Part shown: positions 39,846-48,923 of the stretch, in pieces
Numbering within the stretch: the first letter of the stretch is position 1
Layout: every line of letters begins with the position of its first letter
Origin: a virus
Reading direction: 5' to 3' (one strand)
IMG/VR virus record: IMGVR_UViG_3300021957_000004
Length of the DNA stretch: 64,000 nucleotides
The notes under the pieces: generated by a model
Database searches by the model: none
Seen by the model: the letters and a program-made list of their open reading frames with translations, nothing else
Told to the model about the DNA's origin: nothing
Translations under genes and position numbers: made by a program

Positions 39846-40973
39846 ATGAATAACATGAAAATATCAACCCAAAGAATCTTAGAAGAAATTTCTAATAAGT
39901 TTCCAGGCCAAACGGATTTCCGTAGAGCCATAATCGAAGACGTGGCAAAATCCATGGGCTTTACCGCTAAGGATTTTTATCCTTTACTTTCTTCTGACAA
40001 CAGAGTTAAGATCGGTACTTATTCCCTAGAAGGATTATTACCAGAAGCAGCTCCGGCAGCTATGGACCAGGTCCCAGCTACTGCGGCTCAAATGCAATCT
40101 ATTACAAGCGATGAAAGAACTTTCGCTACAGTGGATCCTACATTCGTCCCATGGGGTTCTTTTAAAGATGTTACTCAGATTATTAAATCTGAAATGTTTT
40201 ATCCTACTTACGTTTCTGGCTTATCCGGAAATGGTAAAACTTTTATGATCGAGCAAGCTTGTGCTAAGCTCGGCAAAGAATTCATTAGAGTTCAAATCAA
40301 TCCAGAAACGGATGAAGATGATTTACTTGGTGGATTTAGATTAATTAACGGCGAAACAGTTTTCGCTAAAGGCCCAGTTCTAAAAGCAATGGAATCCGGT
40401 GCAATACTTTTACTCGATGAGATCGATAGAGCTACCAACAAGATCATGTGTCTTCAAGGTATCTTAGAAGGCAAACCAGTACTTGTTAAAAAGACTGGTG
40501 AAACAATTACACCTAAAAAAGGTTTCAACGTATTCGCTACTGCCAATACTAAAGGCAAAGGTTCAGACGATGGTAGATTTACCGCAGCTAGTATCTTAGA
40601 TGATGCTTTCTTAGAAAGATTTACTATCTCAGTAGATATGCAATTCCCTTCAGTTTCTGTAGAGAAAAGAATTCTACAAAAACATATGGATAAATTTGAT
40701 ACCCAAGATACAGAGTTTGTAACCAAGCTTGTTACTTGGGCAGATATTATCCGTAAAACATTTTACGATGATGGCGTAGACGAAGTTATTTCTACTAGAA
40801 GACTTTGCCACGTTGTCCAAACATTCTCGATCTTTAAAGACAAAATGAAATCAATCGATCTTTGTATTTCTAGATTCGACGAAGATACAAAAATAGCTTT
40901 CTTGGATCTCTATACAAAAGTAGATTCAGGGGTAGAGCTAGAAATACCAGGAGATGAAGATGCCCAAATCTAA
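39846..40973 (+). CDS. CobS-like MoxR AAA+ ATPase
   Basis: GLSGNGKT, LLLDEID, TANTKGKGS, AFLERF, ISTRRL. Confidence 0.9.
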   Translation: MNNMKISTQRILEEISNKFPGQTDFRRAIIEDVAKSMGFTAKDFYPLLSSDNRVKIGTYSLEGLLPEAAPAAMDQVPATAAQMQSITSDERTFATVDPTFVPWGSFKDVTQIIKSEMFYPTYVSGLSGNGKTFMIEQACAKLGKEFIRVQINPETDEDDLLGGFRLINGETVFAKGPVLKAMESGAILLLDEIDRATNKIMCLQGILEGKPVLVKKTGETITPKKGFNVFATANTKGKGSDDGRFTAASILDDAFLERFTISVDMQFPSVSVEKRILQKHMDKFDTQDTEFVTKLVTWADIIRKTFYDDGVDEVISTRRLCHVVQTFSIFKDKMKSIDLCISRFDEDTKIAFLDLYTKVDSGVELEIPGDEDAQI

Positions 40974-41241
40974 ACCAAACTATAAATTTAACGAAGGAGC
41001 TTTGATTGCAGAGCTCCAAGGTTATATCGATGCTACCTATAATGGTCACTATTCTAAAAACAAATTCCAATCAACGGAATTTATTTCAGACTGCGGTCAT
41101 GGTATGGGTTTTGCAATTGGTAATATACTTAAATACGCGCAGAGGTACGGCCGTAAGGGCACACGCGACGATCACCGAAAAGATCTAATGAAAGTATTAC
41201 ATTACTCTTTAATTGCGCTTAGCGAACACGACAGGTCTTAA
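40960..41241 (+). CDS. Conserved T4-like small protein (DUF3310-like, possibly nucleotide-kinase related)
   Basis: YKFNE..Y...TY.GHY, GNILKYAQRYG.K, DLMKVLHY. Confidence 0.6.
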   Translation: MPKSKPNYKFNEGALIAELQGYIDATYNGHYSKNKFQSTEFISDCGHGMGFAIGNILKYAQRYGRKGTRDDHRKDLMKVLHYSLIALSEHDRS

Positions 41242-41242
41242 T

Positions 41243-41773
41243 ATGAATGTAATACTTAATTTTTGGAACAAACACATATGGACAATAACATTTGTTATTT
41301 GTTTACCCCTTATATTAGCTTTTATTTCCCAAAAGGTATATGGATCAAATAGTGACATTGGAGAACAAAGAGTATGCTTAGCACAAAACATTTACTTTGA
41401 ATCTGCTAACCAACCTGATGCAGGTAGAGTGGCAGTAGCCCAAGTGGTTTTAAATAGAGTGGACGATTTACAATTTCCCAATACAATTTGTGGAGTAGTT
41501 TATCAAGCTAAGATGAGAACTAATTGGAAAGGACAAGAAGTACCTATCCTAAACCAATGTCAATTTAGCTGGTTTTGTGATGGTAAGTCTGATGAACCTA
41601 CAGATTCTATTACTTGGATGCAATCCATTCGTATAGCAGATCAGGTTATGTTTGATTTTAACTTTGATCTTACCGAAGGTGCTTTATACTATCACACAAT
41701 TCATATCGATCCTTACTGGAACGATTACTTAACCCCCACGGTTATTATTAATGACCATATTTTTTACAAATAG
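41243..41773 (+). CDS. SleB-like cell wall hydrolase with N-terminal membrane anchor
   Basis: CLAQNIYFES, VAQVVLNRV, FPNTICGVVYQ, CQFSWFCDGK, HIFY. Confidence 0.88.
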   Translation: MNVILNFWNKHIWTITFVICLPLILAFISQKVYGSNSDIGEQRVCLAQNIYFESANQPDAGRVAVAQVVLNRVDDLQFPNTICGVVYQAKMRTNWKGQEVPILNQCQFSWFCDGKSDEPTDSITWMQSIRIADQVMFDFNFDLTEGALYYHTIHIDPYWNDYLTPTVIINDHIFYK

Positions 41774-41776
41774 GGA

Positions 41777-41805
41777 TTTACATTCAACACAAACTATGGT
41801 ATAAT
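41777..41805 (+). promoter_or_regulatory. Early promoter
   Basis: TTTACA-17-tggTATAAT upstream of gp45. Confidence 0.82.
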
Positions 41806-41834
41806 AGTACCATTAAACTAAAAAGGAATATATT

Positions 41835-42506
41835 ATGCAATTATCAACCGACACAGTAGAAGTTCTAAAAAACTTTTCTACAATTAACCCAAACCTAGTT
41901 ATCGAACCTGGTCAAAAACTACATACGATCTCTGAATCTAAAACAGTTATGGCTAAGGCAGAAATCGTAGAAGACTTTCCTAATCAGGTTGGGATTTATG
42001 ATATGAATGAATTCCTTTCTGTGTTAAATCTAATACCAGGAAACAATATTGATTTCCACGATAAACATCTAACGATTTCTTCTGGACAACAGAATGTAAA
42101 TTACTTTTATTCTAATACGGAAATTCTAACTACACCACAGAAAGACATTAATATGCCTGATGTAGATGTTGGCGTTACCTTATCAGAAGATGTACTATCT
42201 AAAATTAAACAAGCAGCAAATGTTTTAGGACATACAGATTTATCTATTACAGGTAACGAAGGTTCTATCATAGCTAAAGTATTCGACGCAAAAGATGCTA
42301 CAGCAAATGATTATACTTTTAGTATTGAATCAGATAATACAGCTAAAGGCAAATTTAATTTTGATTTTAACATTGGTAACCTTAAGTTAATCCCAGGTGA
42401 TTACTTTTTAAGCTTATCAGAAAAGAAAATATCCCACTGGCAGAATATGAATTTCCCAGTAGAATATTTTGTTGCCCTAGAGCAATCAACAAATTTTAAT
42501 GTATAA
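41835..42506 (+). CDS. gp45: Sliding clamp gp45
   Basis: LKNFSTIN.NL, GIYDMNEFL, NLKLIPGDY, YFVALE. Confidence 0.93.
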   Translation: MQLSTDTVEVLKNFSTINPNLVIEPGQKLHTISESKTVMAKAEIVEDFPNQVGIYDMNEFLSVLNLIPGNNIDFHDKHLTISSGQQNVNYFYSNTEILTTPQKDINMPDVDVGVTLSEDVLSKIKQAANVLGHTDLSITGNEGSIIAKVFDAKDATANDYTFSIESDNTAKGKFNFDFNIGNLKLIPGDYFLSLSEKKISHWQNMNFPVEYFVALEQSTNFNV

Positions 42507-42514
42507 ATATATGC

Positions 42515-42607
42515 ATGAAAAGAATTCTCCATTTAATTATGGGGATAATGGTGGAGGTGCTGATTATCAGGCCTCTATATTTAGTCTACTTTGCAAAGGA
42601 GAAATAA
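42515..42607 (+). CDS. 30-aa hydrophobic peptide directly behind late promoter 42502-42509 (not in ORF track)
   Basis: MKRILHLIMGIMVEVLIIRPLYLVYFAKEK*; ATG 5 nt after TATAAATA. Confidence 0.5.
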   Translation: MKRILHLIMGIMVEVLIIRPLYLVYFAKEK

Positions 42608-42608
42608 A

Positions 42609-42860
42609 ATGACAGACGCAGTAGAAACTCAAGCAGCAGAAGAGCCTGTACAACTCTCGCTAGGGGATATCCAATTATTTGTTCAGATCATAGATCTATG
42701 TTCAAAAAGAGGAGCATTCGAAGGCCAAGAGTTAGAACCAATTGGAGCATTAAGAGGAAAGGTTGTAAGATTCCTGGAAGCTAATGTACCAGCCGAAGAA
42801 GGCGCACCGGTTCAAGGTGAAATGGATGTTGAACCTTCAGAAGAAGAAGCATCAAGCTAA
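42609..42860 (+). CDS. Hypothetical acidic protein
   Basis: AAGGAG SD; IIDLCSKRGAFEG.EL motif. Confidence 0.65.
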   Translation: MTDAVETQAAEEPVQLSLGDIQLFVQIIDLCSKRGAFEGQELEPIGALRGKVVRFLEANVPAEEGAPVQGEMDVEPSEEEASS

Positions 42861-42879
42861 ACTTGAAAACAAGCCTATT

Positions 42880-42899
42880 GCGGGAGGGTCAAATCCCGC
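42880..42899 (+). terminator. Hairpin GCGGGA-N8-TCCCGC (possible terminator or processing site)
   Basis: 6-bp GC stem in the intergenic gap; no clear U tract. Confidence 0.4.
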
Positions 42900-42921
42900 T
42901 AACCTTAATTAGGATTATATA

Positions 42922-43179
42922 ATGGATAAAAATGAAAAACAAGAGCTAATCACAGCTCTAAAAAATGGTACCGTTCAGGTAACATTTCAAAAGGTAAACT
43001 CAGATGAAATTAGAGTTATGCCTTGTACCCTTAACCCACTTGTATTAGAAGCACATAATGTTAAGCCAACAATTGGTGGTATAACATCTGATTCAGATCA
43101 AATACCTGCCTGGTCTATAGACAAACAGGCTTGGCGTTCTTTTATTGCTGATACAGTATTAGGTTGGGAAGTACTATGA
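42922..43179 (+). CDS. WYL_2/SH3-like small protein
   Basis: VTFQK.N..IRVM.CTL, W.IDKQAWRSF. Confidence 0.65.
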   Translation: MDKNEKQELITALKNGTVQVTFQKVNSDEIRVMPCTLNPLVLEAHNVKPTIGGITSDSDQIPAWSIDKQAWRSFIADTVLGWEVL

Positions 43180-44111
43180 ATGAATTCTTATGGGTCGAGA
43201 AATATCGACCACAAATTATTGCAGACGTAATACTGCCTTCTCATATAAAAGCTACATTCGAGGATATTGTTAACGGAGGTGAATTACACAATATGCTTTT
43301 AACCGGAACAGCCGGTCTGGGAAAAACCACCGTAGCAAAGGCATTATGCAATGAACTAGATTTAGATTACCTACTGATCAATGGATCAGAAGAGGGTAAT
43401 ATAGACACGCTTAGAAATAAGATTAAACAATTTGCCAGCACAGTAAGTTTACAGGGTGGATACAAGGTGGTGATTTTAGATGAAGCAGATTATCTAAACC
43501 CCCAGTCCACCCAACCAGCACTAAGAGGTTTCATAGAAGAATTCTCAGGTAACTGTAGGTTTATACTTACTTGCAATTTTAAAAACAGAATTATAGAACC
43601 ACTACATTCCAGATGTTCGGTTATAGAATTCAATATAGCTAAAAAGGACATGCCTCCTCTTCTTTCAGATTTTATGAAAAGAGTGGAATACATCCTCGGC
43701 GCAGAAGGCGTTAGCTACGATAAGCAAGTAATTGCGGATCTAATTATGAAGCATATGCCAGATTGGCGTAGAGTCTTAAACGAATTACAAAGATATAGTA
43801 CCAGTGGAAACATTGATACAGGCATCCTAGTGAGCGTTAGCGAGACTTCTATCAATGATCTAATGCTTCATATTAAAGTAAAAGACTTTAAACGTATGCG
43901 TCAATGGGTAGCAGACAACATGGATACGGAACCAGCTTCCGTCTTTAGAAAGATCTATGATAACATGTATGAATATATTGACCCTAAATCTATACCTCAG
44001 TTAGTTCTTATTCTAGCTGATTATCAATACAAGAATGCATTCGTGGCAGATCACGAACTAAATCTTGTGGCGTGTTTAACCGAAATAATGGCAGGAGTAG
44101 AAATAAAATGA
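43176..44111 (+). CDS. gp44: Clamp loader large subunit gp44
   Basis: LWVEKYRP, GTAGLGKTT, ILDEAD, LHSRC. Confidence 0.96.
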   Translation: MNEFLWVEKYRPQIIADVILPSHIKATFEDIVNGGELHNMLLTGTAGLGKTTVAKALCNELDLDYLLINGSEEGNIDTLRNKIKQFASTVSLQGGYKVVILDEADYLNPQSTQPALRGFIEEFSGNCRFILTCNFKNRIIEPLHSRCSVIEFNIAKKDMPPLLSDFMKRVEYILGAEGVSYDKQVIADLIMKHMPDWRRVLNELQRYSTSGNIDTGILVSVSETSINDLMLHIKVKDFKRMRQWVADNMDTEPASVFRKIYDNMYEYIDPKSIPQLVLILADYQYKNAFVADHELNLVACLTEIMAGVEIK

Positions 44112-44278
44112 TCTATGAAATTAACCAAGTATATTATGAAAAGGGTAGAACTGCATATAGGGTATGTATTAAAGATGCAGATAGCAATGAGCTTAAATCC
44201 GAAAGAATATTTAGAACAAAAGAAGATGCTAAGAGTTACATAGCACTTAAGAAGTTATATAAAAATGAATCCCTTTGA
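44108..44278 (+). CDS. Hypothetical protein
   Basis: Overlaps the gp44 stop and the gp62 start; GGAG upstream. Confidence 0.5.
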   Translation: MIYEINQVYYEKGRTAYRVCIKDADSNELKSERIFRTKEDAKSYIALKKLYKNESL

Positions 44279-44645
44279 TTACATAAATGCAATTAATTTT
44301 ACTAAGAAGAATCTAATAGTAGATGATGAGACAGAAAAAGCTTATCAACCATTCTTAGTTAATAGAACTTTATCTCACTTTAGAGATACTGTATTATATG
44401 CTAATGAGATGAACATAAATCACCACCTAGATAGTGCGCTTCAGAATCAATTTTATATAAATATAATAAGAAAGAAGAAAAGATTCTCTAAGTGGGTTAA
44501 GCCATCAGAGATAGAATGTTTGGAAGTGATTAAAGAAAATTATGGATATAGTAATGAAAAAGCAAAATCAGTATTGTCCCTTTTTACTCCAGACCAAATT
44601 GAACAGTTGAAACATAGGATTTATAAAGGTGGAAAAAGAAAATAA
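44265..44645 (+). CDS. gp62: Clamp loader small subunit gp62
   Basis: Y.PFLVNR.LS, RKKKRFSKW, YGYSNEKA. Confidence 0.92.
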   Translation: MNPFDYINAINFTKKNLIVDDETEKAYQPFLVNRTLSHFRDTVLYANEMNINHHLDSALQNQFYINIIRKKKRFSKWVKPSEIECLEVIKENYGYSNEKAKSVLSLFTPDQIEQLKHRIYKGGKRK

Positions 44646-45057
44646 TGAAATAAAAGAATGGGTCCCAGCTGATATGCTGGAAGTGACTCTAAACGAACCG
44701 GATGACTTTCTTAAGATAAGAGAAACATTAACACGTATCGGTGTTGCATCCCGCAAAGATCAAAAGCTATATCAATCTTGCCATATATTACATAAGCAAG
44801 GTAGATACTTTATAGTTCACTTTAAAGAACTATTTCTATTGGATGGTAAGCCATCTAATTTAATTGAAAATGATGTACAACGTAGAAATACAATTGCTAC
44901 ATTATTATCGGACTGGGGATTGGTTACAATGAATAAGCCATCTCAAGCCCAAGACACTGCGCCTCTCAGGCAGATCAAGGTCATACCTTTCAAAGAGAAA
45001 ACTGAGTGGGAGCTATGTCCTAAATATAATATCGGAAATACTAAGCAACAAGATTAA
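44629..45057 (+). CDS. regA: Translational repressor RegA
   Basis: PDDFLKIRETLTRIGVAS, LYQSCHILHKQGRYFIVHFKELF. Confidence 0.97.
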   Translation: MEKENNEIKEWVPADMLEVTLNEPDDFLKIRETLTRIGVASRKDQKLYQSCHILHKQGRYFIVHFKELFLLDGKPSNLIENDVQRRNTIATLLSDWGLVTMNKPSQAQDTAPLRQIKVIPFKEKTEWELCPKYNIGNTKQQD

Positions 45058-45138
45058 TTAGATATGCATTATCTTTACAATCTTGTTAATTCTCCCGGCT
45101 TTCATAAACTTATGAAATCGTTTGAATAATTTTTTCAT
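45058..45138 (-). CDS. 26-aa cationic amphipathic peptide on the minus strand with its own late promoter (not in ORF track)
   Basis: MKKLFKRFHKFMKAGRINKIVKIMHI*; minus-strand TATAAATA at 45151-45144, 5 nt before the ATG; stop abuts the regA stop. Confidence 0.65.
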   Translation of the reverse strand: MKKLFKRFHKFMKAGRINKIVKIMHI

Positions 45139-45183
45139 ATTATTATTTATACGTATAAAAATAGCATCTAGTTAATTAGTACG

Positions 45184-45191
45184 TATAAATA
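45184..45191 (+). promoter_or_regulatory. Late promoter TATAAATA for hsp20
   Basis: Exact consensus; divergent from the minus-strand late promoter. Confidence 0.75.
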
Positions 45192-45196
45192 TAATC

Positions 45197-45258
45197 GAAG
45201 AATGCGGCATTGGGCCGGTTCTCAATAACCTTGCTATATATAGGAGGAAATAACTATG
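45197..45258 (+). promoter_or_regulatory. ROSE-like RNA thermometer in the hsp20 5' UTR
   Basis: CCTTGCTA-TATA-TAGGAGG hairpin (45229-45247) pairs UUGCU with the SD; upstream CGGC-ATTGG-GCCG hairpin. Confidence 0.7.
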
Positions 45259-45711
45259 GTAAGAAGTAATCTGAACGTACCACGTTCACTATTCGTTGGT
45301 TTTGATGGATTGTTTGAAGACTTAGAAAGGATTCACAATTCGGCTAGAACTGGAACTGATAACTACCCACCACACAACATTGTTCGTGTAGATGATGAAA
45401 ATTTCATTATTGAACTAGCAGTGGCTGGATTCAGCATGGATGATCTCGAGATTGAGGTCAAAGATGGGATCTTAAAGGTGAAAGGTAATACTGGTGACGA
45501 TGAAAGGTCGTATGCGTACAAGGGTATCTCATCCCGCAAATTCGAGAAGAGCTTCCGACTCTCTGAATTTGTCGTAATCGATGGGGCTGACCTTAAAGAT
45601 GGAATACTCGTGGTGAATGCCAGGGTCGAAATCCCAGAGGAACAGCGTCCAAGGAAGATCAAAATAGGGTCTACTGGGGCATCAAAGAAGAAGGAATTCT
45701 TGAAAGAGTAA
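45256..45711 (+). CDS. Small heat-shock protein Hsp20 (IbpA-like)
   Basis: NYPPHNI, IELAVAGF, YKGISSRKFEKSFRL, ADLKDGIL, PEEQRPRKI.I. Confidence 0.95.
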   Translation: MVRSNLNVPRSLFVGFDGLFEDLERIHNSARTGTDNYPPHNIVRVDDENFIIELAVAGFSMDDLEIEVKDGILKVKGNTGDDERSYAYKGISSRKFEKSFRLSEFVVIDGADLKDGILVVNARVEIPEEQRPRKIKIGSTGASKKKEFLKE

Positions 45712-45767
45712 TTCCGGTGAGCAGCGAAACTCGGTAGGTTATAATAATAATTTACCGGAGATAAATC

Positions 45768-45908
45768 ATGACACAATTAAAAGCTTACTTAGCTGATAAT
45801 CATGACATCGTTAGGACCTTAAAAGATATGTTGGTAACTGCTATGATCGCCATAGCCTGCGCAGGTACAGCACCTGCACTGATTTGGTTATCATTATTAT
45901 CTTATTAA
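45768..45908 (+). CDS. 46-aa small membrane protein (not in ORF track)
   Basis: MTQLKAYLADNHDIVRTLKDMLVTAMIAIACAGTAPALIWLSLLSY*; GGAG SD; followed by a hairpin. Confidence 0.6.
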   Translation: MTQLKAYLADNHDIVRTLKDMLVTAMIAIACAGTAPALIWLSLLSY

Positions 45909-45930
45909 GGCTCTCGATATACAATTCATG

Positions 45931-45955
45931 CGGGGGGTAAGAAATTACCCCACCG
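45931..45955 (+). terminator. Hairpin terminator
   Basis: CGG-GGGGTAA-GAAA-TTACCCC-A-CCG. Confidence 0.65.
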
Positions 45956-45975
45956 TTCCTTGATTGAAAAAAAGG

Positions 45976-46004
45976 TTTACAAACCTTCTAAACTATGGTA
46001 TAAT
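45976..46004 (+). promoter_or_regulatory. Early promoter for DNA polymerase
   Basis: ggTTTACA-17-tggTATAAT; implies the true start is ATG 46014. Confidence 0.85.
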
Positions 46005-46013
46005 ATACTCACT

Positions 46014-48575
46014 ATGCAATTTTATACAAACATTTCTCGCTATGGCAATATGCTACTTTATCGTGGTATAGAAAACGGCCAAAGAGTTCAAAAGAAAATT
46101 AAATACAAGCCCACATTATTCGTGGCAACCACCAAAGCAACCAAATGGAAATCCTTAGATGGATATCCTGTTGCTCCCATACAATTCGAATCTATGCGTG
46201 ATGCTAAAGATTGGGTTCAGCAAAACAAAGATGTAGCTGGCCGTAAGATCTTTGGTAATACTAAACATCAGGCAGCTCTGGCTAACGATCTATTTCCTGG
46301 CCATATAGAGTTTGATAGATCTAAAATTAACGTAACCACTATTGATATAGAAGTTCAATCCGATGATGGATTCCCAGAACCTTCTGCAGCAGCTAAAATA
46401 GTTACGGCTATATGTCTTAAAAATAATATCGACAATACATATTATGTTTGGGGCTTAGGCGATTACGATGTAAGTAAATCCCTAATGAAAACCAATCGCG
46501 TGATCTATAAAAAATGTGTCGATGAACAAGAACTTCTTATAGACTTTATTAATCATTGGGCTACACCTTCGCACACGCCCGATGTTATTACTGGCTGGAA
46601 CTCTAAGTTCTTCGATATACCTTATTTGGTTAATCGTATTCGTAGAGTCTTCGGCCCAGATCTTGGCGAACAAAATATTAAAAAGCTTTCACCTTGGGGT
46701 ATGGTAGAATCCAGAGAGGTGGCAATTGGCTACAAATCTAGCAACAGAAATCAAACGTATGACTTCCAGGGTATATCCCAAATGGATTATATGGAAGTAT
46801 TTAAAAAGTTTGGTTATGCTTATGGTCAACAAGAATCATATTCACTTAATAATATTGCTCACGTAGTTCTTGGCGAAGAGAAACTATCATACGAAGAACA
46901 CGGATCACTATTCGATTTATATAAAGCTGATCATCAAAAGTTTATTGATTATAATATTAAAGATGTAGAATTGGTAGATCGCTTCGAGGATAAAATGGGT
47001 TTAATTACCCTTGGCCTTACTATGGCATACCGAGGCGGAGTTAACTATACTGACGTATTTGGTACTACCGCAATATGGGATTCTATTATCTTCCGTGATC
47101 TATATCAAAACAACGTAATAGTTCCTTTCCCGAAAGATCAACTCAAAGGTGATTACCCTGGTGGTTATGTAAAAGAACCACAGGTTGGCATGCACGATCA
47201 TGTAGTTAGTTTCGATTTAAACTCTCTATATCCATCGCTCATTATGCAATACAATATGTCACCAGAAACAATTCTGAATAAAACAACAGCAGGAGTAGAT
47301 GTAGAAAATGTATTAAAAGCAACTAAGATCGAAAGATCATCAGATGAATGCATAGCAGTTGGCGGACAACATTTTAGAACAGATGTCCAAGGTGTATTAC
47401 CTAAGATCATCGAAGAGATGTACACTGAACGGGTAGATGTTAAAAAAGCTATGATTAAAGCTCAGCAAGAATTACAGAGAATAGACAAAAGTGACAAACA
47501 AGAACTCTACAGAATACAAAAAGAAATATCGCTCAACGAAAATAGACAAATGGCAATTAAGATTCTTCTTAATAGTCTTTACGGTGCTCTCGGCAATCGT
47601 TATTTTAGGTTCTTCGACCAACGGGTCGCAGAAGCAATTACGCTATCCGGACAAGCCATCATACGATGGGGTGAAAATGCAGCCAATGATTACCTAAACA
47701 AGGCCCTTAAAACCTCCTCAGACTACGTCTTAGCAATAGATACTGATTCATTATATATTGGGTTAGGTCCTTTAGTAGATGCGGTTAAACCGGATAATCC
47801 TATAGATTTCCTAGATAAAGTTGGCCGTGAAGCCATAGAACCTGTCTTTGAAAAAGCATATCAAAAGTTCTACGACATATTTGGCGGCTACGGAAACAAA
47901 ATGGTTATGTCCCGAGAGGTTATAGCAGATCGTGGTATATATCTGGCTAAGAAAAGATATATTCTAAATGTGTTAGATAATGAAGGCGTTAGATATGCAC
48001 AACCTAAAATTAAAACAATTGGCGTAGAAGCTAATAAAAGTTCTACTCCGCAAGCTTGCCGTGAAGCTCTAAAAGAAATGTTTAAGCTAATTATTTCTTC
48101 TGATGAAGCTACAGTCCAGGCAGCAGTACAACAATTCAAAGATCATTACTTTGCTCTTAGACCAGACCAGATTGCTTTCCCGCGTGGTGCTAATAATATT
48201 ACTGGTTGCATAGAAAGACGTACGTATAGAAACCAAGCGGGCGAGCAGGTTACTACCGAATTTTATAAGAAAGGTACACCGATTCACGTGCGTGCGGCCC
48301 TCGCGTACAACTGGCTAAGAAAAGATCTAGATCTAAAACAATATCCAGAACTTAGAAATGGCGATAAGATTAAATTCTTATATTTAAAAGAAGGTAAGTT
48401 TAAGCAAAATGTAATTGCTTTCCCAGACTTTCTCCCAAAAGAATTTAACTTAGAACAACACATTGATAAGGAATTACAATTCCAAAAAACATTTACCGAT
48501 GCAATAGAACCAATTCTAAATGCTATTGGCTGGACATCAGTCAAAGTTAATTCACTGGAGGATTTCTTTGGATAA
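46014..48575 (+). CDS. gp43: Family B DNA polymerase gp43
   Basis: DIEV exonuclease motif, SFDLNSLYPS, KILLNSLYGALG, IDTDS, KKRY. Confidence 0.97.
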   Translation: MQFYTNISRYGNMLLYRGIENGQRVQKKIKYKPTLFVATTKATKWKSLDGYPVAPIQFESMRDAKDWVQQNKDVAGRKIFGNTKHQAALANDLFPGHIEFDRSKINVTTIDIEVQSDDGFPEPSAAAKIVTAICLKNNIDNTYYVWGLGDYDVSKSLMKTNRVIYKKCVDEQELLIDFINHWATPSHTPDVITGWNSKFFDIPYLVNRIRRVFGPDLGEQNIKKLSPWGMVESREVAIGYKSSNRNQTYDFQGISQMDYMEVFKKFGYAYGQQESYSLNNIAHVVLGEEKLSYEEHGSLFDLYKADHQKFIDYNIKDVELVDRFEDKMGLITLGLTMAYRGGVNYTDVFGTTAIWDSIIFRDLYQNNVIVPFPKDQLKGDYPGGYVKEPQVGMHDHVVSFDLNSLYPSLIMQYNMSPETILNKTTAGVDVENVLKATKIERSSDECIAVGGQHFRTDVQGVLPKIIEEMYTERVDVKKAMIKAQQELQRIDKSDKQELYRIQKEISLNENRQMAIKILLNSLYGALGNRYFRFFDQRVAEAITLSGQAIIRWGENAANDYLNKALKTSSDYVLAIDTDSLYIGLGPLVDAVKPDNPIDFLDKVGREAIEPVFEKAYQKFYDIFGGYGNKMVMSREVIADRGIYLAKKRYILNVLDNEGVRYAQPKIKTIGVEANKSSTPQACREALKEMFKLIISSDEATVQAAVQQFKDHYFALRPDQIAFPRGANNITGCIERRTYRNQAGEQVTTEFYKKGTPIHVRAALAYNWLRKDLDLKQYPELRNGDKIKFLYLKEGKFKQNVIAFPDFLPKEFNLEQHIDKELQFQKTFTDAIEPILNAIGWTSVKVNSLEDFFG

Positions 48576-48900
48576 GATAATATATGTAGGTACTAAGCCA
48601 GGTAATTTCCCACCAGAGAAATCACCGACTATTCGTAGGATAACTAAATGGTCAGAGCAGGCTGGAGTACAAGATTGGGATTGGACCAATCTATCAGATA
48701 ACAACATGATAGAAAAGATTAAAGGTTGCAAAGTAATAGCTATGGGTAATGAAGTCCATAATTACTTTGTAAAGAATAAAATAGAACACTTAAAGGTTCC
48801 ACATCCATCTGGATTGAACCGAATGTGGAATAACCCAGAACTAGAACCTTCGGTAATAGATCAAATTAGGGGTTTACATTTAAATGAAACTATGGTATAA
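48568..48900 (+). CDS. Minimal uracil-DNA-glycosylase-superfamily-like protein
   Basis: YVGTKPG, VIAMG and VPHPSGLN motifs; TTG start with GGAGG SD overlapping the gp43 end. Confidence 0.55.
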   Translation: MDKIIYVGTKPGNFPPEKSPTIRRITKWSEQAGVQDWDWTNLSDNNMIEKIKGCKVIAMGNEVHNYFVKNKIEHLKVPHPSGLNRMWNNPELEPSVIDQIRGLHLNETMV

Positions 48901-48901
48901 T
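48873..48901 (+). promoter_or_regulatory. Early promoter
   Basis: ggggTTTACA-17-tggTATAAT. Confidence 0.82.
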
Positions 48902-48923
48902 ATACCACTATACGGAGAAATAT

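Noticed and set aside
45960-46013. N-terminal extensions given by the ORF track for gp43 (also 21119, 29993, 48520)
   Set aside because: They run through promoters or upstream genes; downstream starts fit promoter, SD and overlap geometry better
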